The translations under genes were made by a program, and so were the position numbers. From NCBI GenBank assembly GCA_963666285.1, contig OY762711.1: a stretch of DNA of 64,000 nt; one strand, written 5' to 3'. Origin of the DNA: Sedimentisphaerales bacterium. GTDB taxonomy: Bacteria; Planctomycetota; Phycisphaerae; Sedimentisphaerales; SM23-30. A model generated the notes under the pieces. The model made no database searches and had not been told where the DNA came from. It saw nothing but the letters and a program-made list of their open reading frames with translations. Position 1 is the first letter of the stretch; each line of letters opens with the position of its first letter. Below are positions 44,944 to 55,210 of this stretch, in pieces.

Positions 44944-46233
44944 GTGGTTAAAAATATAAAAACAAATAAAAAGCTCGTCCGAGCAGACAGCATAGCAGCG
45001 TGGCGATTATGTATGGGGTGTGGAGCATGTAAGTGGGCATGTCCAAATGATGCCATAACATTGCAAGATATACCGGATAAAGGGATTAGACCTTTTATCG
45101 ATGAAAGTAAATGTGAGAAATGTGGCAATTGCGCTACAGTCTGCCCAGGTAAAAAGTTGGAACACGAAGAGTTTACCGAGGGAGTAATCCAAGAACTTGC
45201 TAATGATTGGGGACCTATACTAGAGCTATATGAAGGATACGCTGCAGATCAAGATATTCGCTATCGAGCATCTTCAGGTGGAGTCGCAACAGCCTTGGCA
45301 TTATACGCAATAGAGGAAGCTGGATTTACCGGTGTACTTCATATCAAAGCCGATCCAGATAACCCAATAGCCAATATCCCAACATATTCGACAACCAGAG
45401 AAGAAATCCTGACGACCATCGGTAGCAGGTACGCACCAGCGGCACCGTGTCAGGCTTTTGATATAATTAAACAGACTAACGGTCTTTCAATGTTCATAGG
45501 TAAACCGTGTGACTGCGCCGCACTACAAAAAGCTTGTGAATTAGACAGAAAACTATCACAAAGAGTTGGTCTGATTGTTAGTATTTTTTGTGCGGGCACA
45601 CCAAGTACCAATGGCACCCTGGCAATCTTAAAGGAAATGGGAATAGATAACCCTCAAAAAGTTGAAACATTCAGATATCGAGGGTATGGCTGGCCAGGCA
45701 TGGCTACAGCTTGCGGTAATAAAAACTACTTCAGCGAGCCTCATAGCAATAAGGTAAAAATATGCAATGATGGAAGCCGACAAATGACCTATGAAGACAC
45801 TTGGGGAAATATTCTTTCAAAGCATGGGCAGCTTAGATGCAGACTTTGTCCAGACAGCACTGGTGAGTTCGCTGATATTTCCATTGGCGACCCTTGGTAT
45901 AGAGAAACAAACAATGACCCAGGAAGATCTTTGATTCTTGTGAGAACAAAAATTGGAATCGTTTTTTTTAATAAAAAAGAATTTACTAATTTCATAAAAT
46001 ATGAGCAATCTTTTCAGAATAGATTGCCTGAATCTCAGAAATCTATATATAATAGGAGATGCCAAATATGGGGCAGACTATTGGTGTTAAGTTTATTACA
46101 AATCCCAATTCCAGTTTATCTGAATTTTGCATTAAAAGATAGTTGGAATGCATACCCATTTAGCAAGAAACTTCGAACTTTGTTCGGTACACTTAAGCGT
46201 ATCTTTAAGAATAATTGGTTCATTAGTTCATGA
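44944..46233 (+). CDS. Coenzyme F420 hydrogenase/dehydrogenase beta-subunit-like Fe-S protein
   Basis: CMGCGACKWACP, CEKCGNCATVCP, ASSGGVATAL, GSRY, IGKPC, IFCAGTPS, FRYRG.GWPG, RC.LC.D...E.ADISIGDPW. Confidence 0.88.
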   Translation: MVKNIKTNKKLVRADSIAAWRLCMGCGACKWACPNDAITLQDIPDKGIRPFIDESKCEKCGNCATVCPGKKLEHEEFTEGVIQELANDWGPILELYEGYAADQDIRYRASSGGVATALALYAIEEAGFTGVLHIKADPDNPIANIPTYSTTREEILTTIGSRYAPAAPCQAFDIIKQTNGLSMFIGKPCDCAALQKACELDRKLSQRVGLIVSIFCAGTPSTNGTLAILKEMGIDNPQKVETFRYRGYGWPGMATACGNKNYFSEPHSNKVKICNDGSRQMTYEDTWGNILSKHGQLRCRLCPDSTGEFADISIGDPWYRETNNDPGRSLILVRTKIGIVFFNKKEFTNFIKYEQSFQNRLPESQKSIYNRRCQIWGRLLVLSLLQIPIPVYLNFALKDSWNAYPFSKKLRTLFGTLKRIFKNNWFISS

Positions 46234-46242
46234 GGAATACTA

Positions 46243-47493
46243 TTGACATTATTACTTGCTATTTCTATCTCAATAATAATAATATTTTCAAAGCCATTTA
46301 ATGGATTATTATTATATTATATCTCATTGGTATGGTATCCAACTAGTAACACCATTTACTTAGGAACTCTTAACTTTTCAGTATCTAGAATTACAATATT
46401 AGCCCTAATAATAAAAATTTTACTAGATAACTCCATATTACAAAAATATTCTATAAAAACTATTGATAAGTGTATGATATTATATTTTGTTGGTCAATTA
46501 TTTTCGGGTTTATTTACCACTAATTTCATAACGGTACTTACTAATAGATCTGGCTTTTTCTTTGATGTTTTTTTACCTTTCATTGCCATTAGGCTTATTA
46601 TTGATAGTAGAGAGAAACTGACTGTATATATCAATCGCATTGTTTGGATAACTGTTCCTTTAGGTTTAATTACAATATTTGAATCCTATACCCACTGCAA
46701 AAACATACTTTCATTTGGAATGATTGAAGGTTATGCTGACCCAAGATGGGGAATGAAAAGGGCTAGAGCAACCTTTAGTCATCCAATTTATTATGGCATT
46801 TTTATGTCTATAATTTTGTCTTTGGGTATGATTAAATTTCCCAAAAATAAGTTTTTATTATTCGCAATATTCTGTGGTGTTTTTTCTTCTTTATCAAGTG
46901 GCCCTTGGTTATGTGCGATTACCTGTATATTTATAATGTGTTTATACAGATTTAGATACAAATGGAAAACAATAATAATTGTAACATCATTAACATGCTT
47001 AACAATAGAAATAATCAGTAACAGACATTTCTATAATGTTATCGACAGATTTGCGTTAAATTCCCAAACAGCATGGTACAGGACCAGATTATTTGAAGTT
47101 GCTTTATTTGAAAACGGGATGTCAGGACATTGGCTATTTGGCTATGGTTTCAATGATCCAATGTGGTGTAAGAAAATAGATGGCAGAAATCATACAGATA
47201 TGGTTAATCATTATTTATTGATATTGAGTCAATTTGGCCTAAGTGGACTAATTCCCTTCTTGTTAATCATTATGGCATCATTGAAAAATATTTATTACAA
47301 TTGTCTATTTAGCTTACAAAGTGACCACTGGTTGCGTTGGGTGCTTGGAGCAACTTTAATTGGCCTTTTGTTTTCTCTTAATTCAGTATCTCTTTTTGGC
47401 CAAGCCTCAAATTTTATATTTATTTTATTTGCCCTAACAGCACCACTTGAAAAGATAAACATAAATACCAACCGCACAAATATAAAGCGATAA
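46243..47493 (+). CDS. Wzy polymerase / O-antigen ligase-like membrane protein
   Basis: About 10 TM helices; R.G..RA.ATF.HPI, SLSSGP, WLFGYG, N.YL.IL..FGL.GL. Confidence 0.78.
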   Translation: MTLLLAISISIIIIFSKPFNGLLLYYISLVWYPTSNTIYLGTLNFSVSRITILALIIKILLDNSILQKYSIKTIDKCMILYFVGQLFSGLFTTNFITVLTNRSGFFFDVFLPFIAIRLIIDSREKLTVYINRIVWITVPLGLITIFESYTHCKNILSFGMIEGYADPRWGMKRARATFSHPIYYGIFMSIILSLGMIKFPKNKFLLFAIFCGVFSSLSSGPWLCAITCIFIMCLYRFRYKWKTIIIVTSLTCLTIEIISNRHFYNVIDRFALNSQTAWYRTRLFEVALFENGMSGHWLFGYGFNDPMWCKKIDGRNHTDMVNHYLLILSQFGLSGLIPFLLIIMASLKNIYYNCLFSLQSDHWLRWVLGATLIGLLFSLNSVSLFGQASNFIFILFALTAPLEKININTNRTNIKR

Positions 47494-47500
47494 CATCACT

Positions 47501-48178
47501 ATGAAAAATATTATAATTATAAATTTTCATGGCATCGGTAAATGTTACCGAGAGTTTGAAGATGAAAGTGAAGAAAAATACTGGATATCAGAAAATTTCT
47601 TTGAATGCATTATAGATTTAATTCTTTATCACATTAAAAAGAAACAGAAAAAGATTGAGATAACTTTTGATGATAGTAACATTTCAGACTTCACAATTGC
47701 TCTTCCATTATTAAAAAAACATAATATAGTTGCTACTTTTTTCATATTAGCAACTAAAATTGGAAAACCAGGGTACCTGAGTGTGCAAAATATTAAAAAT
47801 CTTATCAATCATGGGATGATAATCGGATCTCATGGTATGAATCATGTGCCATGGACAAGCTTGGATGAATTAAGCTTAAATTCGGAACTGTTAGATTCAA
47901 AGATTATACTTGAAGATATTACAGATCAAAAAGTAGTACAGATTTCCTGCCCTATGGGACTTTATAACAAATATGTCATTAATAAAGTAATTCAACATGG
48001 ATATTCTACTATTTACACAAGTGACAAAGGATATACCAATTTAAAAAGTTCAATTAAATCAAGAAATACAATAACAAAAGATTATTCTATTGATGATATT
48101 AACTCTTTATTAAATAATAAAAATATATTCAATCAAATAATTATCGATCTTAAATCAACGATTAAACGATATCGATGA
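47501..48178 (+). CDS. Polysaccharide deacetylase (CE4/NodB)
   Basis: ITFDD, ATFFI, IGSHGMNH, S.P.G.Y. Confidence 0.87.
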   Translation: MKNIIIINFHGIGKCYREFEDESEEKYWISENFFECIIDLILYHIKKKQKKIEITFDDSNISDFTIALPLLKKHNIVATFFILATKIGKPGYLSVQNIKNLINHGMIIGSHGMNHVPWTSLDELSLNSELLDSKIILEDITDQKVVQISCPMGLYNKYVINKVIQHGYSTIYTSDKGYTNLKSSIKSRNTITKDYSIDDINSLLNNKNIFNQIIIDLKSTIKRYR

Positions 48179-48188
48179 CGAGGTTTAT

Positions 48189-49205
48189 ATGAATTATATA
48201 ATCGAAATCAATAGCATACATGAAACAAAATGGGGTGAATCAGCTTCAGATTTTAGTGATTATAATATTTACCAAACTTGGGCATATCAAAAAGCGAGAG
48301 CTCTTAAATCTTCTAATAAATTATCTTCATTCCTTATCAGAGATATTGAAGATAATAATAGAATTATTTGTATGGGAATAGTAAGAATCAAAAGAATTCT
48401 TAATTATAACATTGGTTATGTTCAATCTGGACCACTTATATATTCTAACACAAAAATCAATTACGAGGAATTATTCATAAATTTTAAAAAAGTACTATGC
48501 TTACTTAATCTTAATATCCTTAGGCTAAATTTTTATAATTGTACAGGTTATAGCGAAAACTTTAATACTGCAATAGAAAACGCTAATATAAAAAAATCTG
48601 TTCACTATAGAAAAAATAGTACTTTCATTATTGATTTAAATAAAGACGAAGATGAATTGATGGCATCAATTCATAGAGATAATAGACGCTTAATTAAAAA
48701 AGCAATAAAAAACAAAAATATCGACATAGAATACGACAATAAAGGTAAATATCTTAAAGATATGCATCGTATGTATTTAGATGCCAAAAAGAGAAAAGGA
48801 TTTAGTGGTGTTGATTCAGATATCTTTCTTAATTGCTACAATGATTTATCTCAAAATGAAAGATTTGAAATTATAGCAATTAAACATAATAACATTCCTA
48901 TAGCCATCCACGCAACTTCTCATCTCGGCAATACCGCTATGCCACTTATTAACGTCAATAGCATTAAAAGTTTAGAAATGAAAATATCAAATTATATTTG
49001 GTGGCTAGCCTATCTTAGAGCAAAAGAAATTGGAATTCTTTATTATGACATGGGAGGATACGACAAAGAAACCAATCCACATGGTTATTTATTTAAAAAA
49101 AGAATGGGGGGACAACCACATGAATACTCTACTCCTTTTGATATATTTCATTCGAGACTTTCTGAACTAATCTGGCAATATATTTCAAAAAAATATTACA
49201 AATAA
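48189..49205 (+). CDS. FemAB-like / GNAT-fold peptidyl- or acyl-transferase
   Basis: IYQTW.Y, GPL, TFIIDL..DEDEL......NRR.IKKA, W..Y..AKE.G..YYDMGG, FKKRMGG. Confidence 0.78.
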   Translation: MNYIIEINSIHETKWGESASDFSDYNIYQTWAYQKARALKSSNKLSSFLIRDIEDNNRIICMGIVRIKRILNYNIGYVQSGPLIYSNTKINYEELFINFKKVLCLLNLNILRLNFYNCTGYSENFNTAIENANIKKSVHYRKNSTFIIDLNKDEDELMASIHRDNRRLIKKAIKNKNIDIEYDNKGKYLKDMHRMYLDAKKRKGFSGVDSDIFLNCYNDLSQNERFEIIAIKHNNIPIAIHATSHLGNTAMPLINVNSIKSLEMKISNYIWWLAYLRAKEIGILYYDMGGYDKETNPHGYLFKKRMGGQPHEYSTPFDIFHSRLSELIWQYISKKYYK

Positions 49206-49232
49206 GTTGTAATCTCATATTTAATAGAATTG

Positions 49233-50183
49233 ATGAAAAAAAATAACCAAATACATATATCCATTATTATCGTTAGCTGGAATACTTGTCAAACCACTTG
49301 CAATTGCATTAATTCAATTTATGAATATACAAAGAACTTACTCTTTGAAATCATAGTTGTTGACAATAATTCCTCAGATGATACAGTTAAGACAATTCAA
49401 AAAGACTTTCCACATGTTAAAATTATTAATAATAGCGAAAATCTTGGTTTTGGATGTGCCAACAATCAGGGCATGGATATTTCTAATGGAGACTACTTAC
49501 TTCTTTTAAATAGCGACACAATCCTTACAGAAGACAGTTTAAGTAAAATCTATTTATTTGCTAAAGAAAACCCAAATGCAGGAGTTATTGGCTGCAAAAT
49601 CTTAAATCCAGATAACACATTACAACATAGTTGTGTTAATTATCCAAGATTGAAAGATAAATTATTCTTTGCCTTAGGGTTATCATACTGTTTCCCCAAA
49701 AGCAAAGTATTTAATCATGAAAGAATGCAATGGTGGAAACATAATAAAGTTTGTGAAGTTGAAGCTATTACTGGATGCTTTATGTTAGTCAAAAAACAAA
49801 TATTCGAGGAAACAGGCGGTTTTGATGAAAGATTTTTCATGTACTGCGAAGAAATTGATTGGTGCAAGAGAATTACAAATTCCGGATGGAAAATCATCTT
49901 TACACCATGCACTCATATCATTCATTATGGTGGCGTCAGTGCCTTAAAACATGATAGTAAGCGATCCTTATTAATTGACAAGTCTTACGTAAAATATATG
50001 TTCAAACACTGGGGAAGCTCAAATGCAAAAACAGGCATATTATTTATGCTTATTTTTTACATAATAAGAATATTTTTATTAGCTCCTTTATTTCCTTTCA
50101 AAAAATTTAATAACTCATTGAGAAATCATTGGGTAGGATTTAGGGGTTTATTGAATTACAAGGATTATTTGCAAGGAAACTGA
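49233..50183 (+). CDS. Glycosyltransferase family 2 (WbbL-like)
   Basis: [53 protein letters not shown]. Confidence 0.92.
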   Translation: MKKNNQIHISIIIVSWNTCQTTCNCINSIYEYTKNLLFEIIVVDNNSSDDTVKTIQKDFPHVKIINNSENLGFGCANNQGMDISNGDYLLLLNSDTILTEDSLSKIYLFAKENPNAGVIGCKILNPDNTLQHSCVNYPRLKDKLFFALGLSYCFPKSKVFNHERMQWWKHNKVCEVEAITGCFMLVKKQIFEETGGFDERFFMYCEEIDWCKRITNSGWKIIFTPCTHIIHYGGVSALKHDSKRSLLIDKSYVKYMFKHWGSSNAKTGILFMLIFYIIRIFLLAPLFPFKKFNNSLRNHWVGFRGLLNYKDYLQGN

Positions 50184-50187
50184 AATT

Positions 50188-51132
50188 ATGGTTAAACGTA
50201 TATTGGTAACTGGTGGTGCTGGATTCTTAGGATCACATTTATGTGACAGACTCGTTGAACAGGGGCACGAAGTTTTATGTCTTGACAACTTTTTTACAGG
50301 ACGTAAAAACAATATTGCACACCTCTTAAATAAATCTAATTTTGAGGTTATCCGACATGATGTAACATTCCCATTATATGTTGAAATTGATGAAATTTTT
50401 AATCTAGCCTGCCCAGCCTCTCCTATTCATTACCAACATGATCCAGTCCAAACAACAAAGACGAGTGTTCATGGCGCAATAAATATGCTCGGACTTGCAA
50501 AGAGAGTCGGGGCAAAAATAATGCAAGCTTCAACGAGTGAAGTATATGGTGACCCTGCTATTCACCCACAAACTGAAGATTATTGGGGAAACGTAAACCC
50601 AATTGGTTTTCGCTCTTGTTATGATGAAGGAAAAAGATGTGCTGAAACCTTATTTTTTGATTATTTTAGACAGCACAACTTAAGGATAAAAGTAATTCGA
50701 ATTTTCAATACATATGGTCCTAGAATGCATCCTAATGATGGTCGTGTTGTTTCAAATTTTATTGTTCAAGCTCTAAAGAATGCTCCTGTAACTATATATG
50801 GAAATGGAAATCAAACTCGCTCATTTTGTTTTGTCGATGACTTAATTAGAGCATTTTTAAGTATTATGAATACAGAAGATGATTTCACCGGACCTGTAAA
50901 TTGTGGTAATCCATGTGAATATACCATGCTAGAACTTGCAGAGTTGATCATTAAGCTCACAAATTCAAAATCTGAAATTGCTTTCAAGCCACTTCCGCAT
51001 GATGACCCAAAACAAAGAAAACCAGATATAAGTTTAGCAAAATCAAAGTTGAATTGGAAACCGAAGATACCACTGGATGAAGGTATACAAAAAACAATAG
51101 ATTATTTTTCAAAAATAATAAACAAAAACTGA
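50188..51132 (+). CDS. UDP-glucuronate decarboxylase (UDP-xylose synthase) family SDR
   Basis: [79 protein letters not shown]. Confidence 0.93.
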   Translation: MVKRILVTGGAGFLGSHLCDRLVEQGHEVLCLDNFFTGRKNNIAHLLNKSNFEVIRHDVTFPLYVEIDEIFNLACPASPIHYQHDPVQTTKTSVHGAINMLGLAKRVGAKIMQASTSEVYGDPAIHPQTEDYWGNVNPIGFRSCYDEGKRCAETLFFDYFRQHNLRIKVIRIFNTYGPRMHPNDGRVVSNFIVQALKNAPVTIYGNGNQTRSFCFVDDLIRAFLSIMNTEDDFTGPVNCGNPCEYTMLELAELIIKLTNSKSEIAFKPLPHDDPKQRKPDISLAKSKLNWKPKIPLDEGIQKTIDYFSKIINKN

Positions 51133-51274
51133 TTGATTTTACATAACTAAAAGTTTATTTGGACTGCAAACCAAATTATCATTACTATACTTAATGACAA
51201 TTTGCCCTCTTGTAGCCAGCAAATCTGTCGAATTTGAGATATAAGATTATTGATCGACGAAAATTTGCATATCC

Positions 51275-51318
51275 TTAACATTAATGAACATTTTGTACAC
51301 GATGTTCATTAATGTTAA
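51275..51318. repeat. Perfect 17-bp inverted repeat
   Basis: TTAACATTAATGAACAT-10 nt-ATGTTCATTAATGTTAA. Confidence 0.7.
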
Positions 51319-51740
51319 ATTGGGGCATGCAGGAATAGACATAATCTATCAGCCACAGATCACTTTTCATCGCAAGGTATCGCAAAACAAGTTTTTCACT
51401 CCAACCTAACGACTGTTTTTGTACTTTGATCGTACCCCAAAATTGCCCAACGCTTTAGATAGCAACCGACATTTTACCCAAATTGTGACTAAAAGGAATT
51501 TCAAACTCTCTTAAGTAATATATCAATATCACCTTACTGAACTGTGCCTTGAAAATTACATTCATGAAATTAATATCTAATAAAAAATCGACAGATATTT
51601 TGAAGTTAGGAAAATAGTCGTTTCGCTTTTCATTGTTTATATATCTTCGCAAAGACTTTCCATATTGCATTGGCGGTTTGATCCTATTTCTATTAGTAGG
51701 AACAATCATTTCAACACACGTTCTTCAAGCAAAAGTTTAT

Positions 51741-51886
51741 CAAGCTTATCAGGATGAGATAGATCGGTTACCAGTTGAAGGAAAGTATGGTAAAGACAAA
51801 AGACAATTGGGTCAAAGACAAAGTTGGCAGAAACAGCTGTTAGCTCGATCTCTAAATTTATCATGATAAATTTAGAGAAAATCTTC
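51741..51886 (+). pseudogene. Frameshifted C-terminal remnant of an IS5-family transposase
   Basis: QAYQDEIDRLPVEGKYGKDKRQLG, then in another frame TKLAETAVSSISKFIMINLEKI. This matches the IS5 C-terminal pattern R..(V/I)EGKFG..KR..G....KL..T....I....MNL.K. Confidence 0.7.
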
Positions 51887-52110
51887 ACGTGCACTTCTAT
51901 TTTTGCGAGTTATTGTGGGACTTGCTTGCTGCCATCATGCAAATTAGAAGTATAAACCTAGCAATTTCAATTGCAGCCCAACGGTAACCCCAAGCTACTA
52001 TTAAAAATAATTGTTTGTTGAGGATACTCTAAATTGTATACTTACAATAAATATTTTAGCAGATATGTTTTGAATTTTCATCATCTTTCATTTATTTATG
52101 GGAAAACTAT

Positions 52111-53334
52111 ATGAGTAAAATTTCTGTACTAATAAGTGCTTATAAATTAGATAAAAATGACGTTGGAGAAGGAAATATGGCATATAGCTGGATTAAATAT
52201 TTATCCAGAAAATGCAACGTTCATGTTTTATCTTGTGGTTCTAGAACTAACGACTATTGCGGATTGGAAGACTTGCCAAACATTATATATCACAAAATTA
52301 TTGAAAATATAAGTTTTTATAAATTTGATCTTATCGATAGAAGTATTAAACCTGGTTATTTAGAATATTTCATAAAATCTTATTTTGCTAGTAAAAGAAT
52401 CCTTAATCAGTACAATATTGACATTTGCCACCATCTCGCACCATTTTCATTAAGATATCCTTCCCCTTTACTCTGGACTAACAAACCTCTTATTGTTGGC
52501 CCTATATATGGTGGACTAAAATCCCCCCAAATTATTAAGACTCTAGAATCAAAAGAAGAATTATTGATGAAAACTAGGATGATTGACCCATTGAGATTAA
52601 AATTTGATCCATGGCTACATAAACACTTTTCTGTAGCAGATAATTACGTTCTTTCAGCTCCTTACGTAGATGAATTACTTCCAAAATATTCAAAATCAAT
52701 GAGAAGTCTAATTTCTGGCATAGCTATTGACTCTTTTGATAGACCCAAATATTCTAAGAATAGTAAAGATCATCTTAAATTAGTTTCTGTTTCCAGACTT
52801 GTTGCTTCTAAAGGTATTGAGTTACTTATAAAAGCTATCTCTGAATCAAATAATAAACACAATATATCTCTGGATATTTACGGTAAAGGACCTCTTTACG
52901 ACGATTATGTAAATTTATCTAAAAAAAATGGTTTAGAAAACATTATCAATTGGCATGGCTTTAAGCCTAATAACGAAGTAATAAAAAAGTACCCTGAATA
53001 TGACGTATTTATCCTGCCAAGCCTCAAAGAACCTGCTGGAATTGCAGTTATTGAAGCAATGTCATCTGGATTACCTGTCATATGTATAGATGCTGGTGGG
53101 CCAGCATACTCCGTGAGTGAAAATTGTGGAATAAAAGTTCCAATCACCAATACTAATACTATGATAAAAAAATTGGCCACTGCAATTGACTTCATGTTTG
53201 ATTCTCCAGAAAAAAGAGAGCAAATGGGGTTAAATGCACAACAAAGAATCATTGAGCATTTTACCTGGGATGCTGTAACAGACAAAATGGTAAATGTTTA
53301 CAAAAATGCAATCAATAGCCGAAATATCAAATAG
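52111..53334 (+). CDS. Glycosyltransferase family 4
   Basis: VSRLV..KG, G.GP, DVFILPSLKEPAGIAVIEAMSSGLPVI..D.GGP. Confidence 0.92.
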   Translation: MSKISVLISAYKLDKNDVGEGNMAYSWIKYLSRKCNVHVLSCGSRTNDYCGLEDLPNIIYHKIIENISFYKFDLIDRSIKPGYLEYFIKSYFASKRILNQYNIDICHHLAPFSLRYPSPLLWTNKPLIVGPIYGGLKSPQIIKTLESKEELLMKTRMIDPLRLKFDPWLHKHFSVADNYVLSAPYVDELLPKYSKSMRSLISGIAIDSFDRPKYSKNSKDHLKLVSVSRLVASKGIELLIKAISESNNKHNISLDIYGKGPLYDDYVNLSKKNGLENIINWHGFKPNNEVIKKYPEYDVFILPSLKEPAGIAVIEAMSSGLPVICIDAGGPAYSVSENCGIKVPITNTNTMIKKLATAIDFMFDSPEKREQMGLNAQQRIIEHFTWDAVTDKMVNVYKNAINSRNIK

Positions 53335-53340
53335 AAAATA

Positions 53341-54219
53341 ATGAAACAACAGACTTTTATCATAATAACTCCATGCTACAATGAACAGAAATATATTGAA
53401 TTCTCACTTAAATCTGTTGTAAACCAAACTATTAAGCCATCTAAATGGATAATAGTCAATGATGGATCAACAGACAAAACTGCTGAGATAATCAATAATT
53501 ATACAGATAAATATGATTTTATAGAATACTATTTTCGTCATAAATCAACAGGACAAACATACTTTTCAAGCAACGTATACGCAATAATGGAAGGCTGGGA
53601 ACAGGTGAAAGAGCTAGACTTTGATTATCTTGGAATCCTTGATAGCGATATAACACTGCCGAAAAAATATTATGAGAAGATAATAGCAGAATTTGAAAAT
53701 GATATGAACCTGGGCGTTGCAAGCGGAATATATGAAAACCTGATCGACGGAAAGCTAGTGCCAGTTATAAACGACAGACGTAGTACACCAAAGGCAATAC
53801 AAATATTTCGCAAGGAAGTATTTGAACAAATTGGCGGTTATCTCCCCTTGAAATATGGCGGAGAGGATACCGCAGCATGTGTAATGGCAAGAATGCATGG
53901 CTGGAAAGTATGGTCTTTCCCAAATATTAAAGTCATCCATCATCGCCCAACCGGTTCAGGAAACTCAAAAAATATAATTAAAGCTAAATACATGCTTGGA
54001 CTCAATGAATATTTCATTGGTAGCCATTGGTTATTTGTGCTAATGAAATGCTTAAAAAGAGCATTCAAAGAAAAACCTTTTATAATTGGTGGTGTAGCTA
54101 GATTCTGCGGTTTTCTTTATGGGCATTTTATTAATGAAAAAAGACAAGTTCCAATCGAAATGGTACGTTTTTTCCGCAGAGAACAACTTAGAAGAATATT
54201 TCTCTTTAATAGAATATAA
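53341..54219 (+). CDS. Glycosyltransferase family 2
   Basis: ITPCYNE, IVNDGSTD.T, ILDSD, IGGY...GGED. Confidence 0.9.
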   Translation: MKQQTFIIITPCYNEQKYIEFSLKSVVNQTIKPSKWIIVNDGSTDKTAEIINNYTDKYDFIEYYFRHKSTGQTYFSSNVYAIMEGWEQVKELDFDYLGILDSDITLPKKYYEKIIAEFENDMNLGVASGIYENLIDGKLVPVINDRRSTPKAIQIFRKEVFEQIGGYLPLKYGGEDTAACVMARMHGWKVWSFPNIKVIHHRPTGSGNSKNIIKAKYMLGLNEYFIGSHWLFVLMKCLKRAFKEKPFIIGGVARFCGFLYGHFINEKRQVPIEMVRFFRREQLRRIFLFNRI

Positions 54220-54226
54220 CTGAGTT

Positions 54227-54691
54227 TTGGATAAAAAAAACAAAATTGCACTAGCTGCCTCTGCTGGAGGTCATATTTCTCAATTGCTTAAACTGTCAAA
54301 TGCTTGGGATGATTTTGATATATTTTATGTAACAACTACAGATGTCCTAAAAAAGAAACTTGAAGCAAAAGCTCCGGCTTATTGCGTAGGTGAGTCAAAT
54401 AGAAAACATAAGCTACTGGCGTTAAAAATCTTTTTCAGATGTCTTAGTATCGTGTTAAAAGAAAAACCAAAAGCGATCATCTCTACTGGCGCTTTACATG
54501 GTTGTTTGCTATGCTATTTAGGCAAGCTATTATGTAGAAGTAAAATAATTTGGATTGACAGTATTACAAATACCGAAAGGCCCAGCCTGTCTGGAAGGCT
54601 TGTATACCCAATTGCAAATTTGTTTATTCTTCAATGGGAAGAATTATTAACCAGATACAAAAAAGCTGAATTTCATGGTAACATTATTTAA
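54227..54691 (+). CDS. PssD/Alg14-like glycosyltransferase subunit
   Basis: ASAGGH..QL, KP..IISTGA, IDS......PSLSG, QWE. Confidence 0.87.
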   Translation: MDKKNKIALAASAGGHISQLLKLSNAWDDFDIFYVTTTDVLKKKLEAKAPAYCVGESNRKHKLLALKIFFRCLSIVLKEKPKAIISTGALHGCLLCYLGKLLCRSKIIWIDSITNTERPSLSGRLVYPIANLFILQWEELLTRYKKAEFHGNII

Positions 54692-54694
54692 TAT

Positions 54695-55171
54695 ATGATA
54701 TTTCTAACAGTTGGCACACAATTTGGATTTGACAGGCTTTCTAAGGCAATTGATGCAGCTATTTCGAATGGCTTGGTATCTACCGAAATCTTTGGACAAA
54801 TAGGCGAGGGAAAATATATTCCGCAAAACTTCAAATGGTGTCGAAACTTAGAGAAAGAGATGTTTGATAAAACACTGGCAGATGCTGAAGCGATAATAAG
54901 CCATGCGGGTATGGGAACCATCACAATGGCCCTTGAACATAGTAAGCCACTCCTGGTTATGCCCAGGCTTGCTAAGCATAAAGAAGTAGTAAACGATCAT
55001 CAAACAGGCATTGCAAAAAGATTTCAGGAACTTGGACATTTATTGTTAGCTGAAAATGAAGAAGAACTGCCTGCTAAAATTGAATTACTAAAAACCTTTT
55101 TACCAAAACCGCGTGAGAATCAGGCAGATAAGGTGGCCGAAAGAATAATACAATTTCTAGATAATCTATAA
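54695..55171 (+). CDS. PssE/Alg13-like (GT28 C-terminal) glycosyltransferase subunit
   Basis: MIFLTVGTQ..FDRL, QIG, ISHAGMGTI, VMPR....E.VNDHQ. Confidence 0.9.
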   Translation: MIFLTVGTQFGFDRLSKAIDAAISNGLVSTEIFGQIGEGKYIPQNFKWCRNLEKEMFDKTLADAEAIISHAGMGTITMALEHSKPLLVMPRLAKHKEVVNDHQTGIAKRFQELGHLLLAENEEELPAKIELLKTFLPKPRENQADKVAERIIQFLDNL

Positions 55172-55210
55172 TGAAAAAAACTTATTGCTAATAATTATTA
55201 CGAGGTATTT

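Noticed and set aside
51633..51866. 77-aa ORF as a real membrane protein
   Set aside because: Its C-terminal half is a frameshifted IS5 fragment, so it is better read as a remnant.
54233..54240. A8 tract at the start of the pssD-like gene as a phase-variation site
   Set aside because: Similar A8/T8 runs are common in this AT-rich DNA and the frame is intact.
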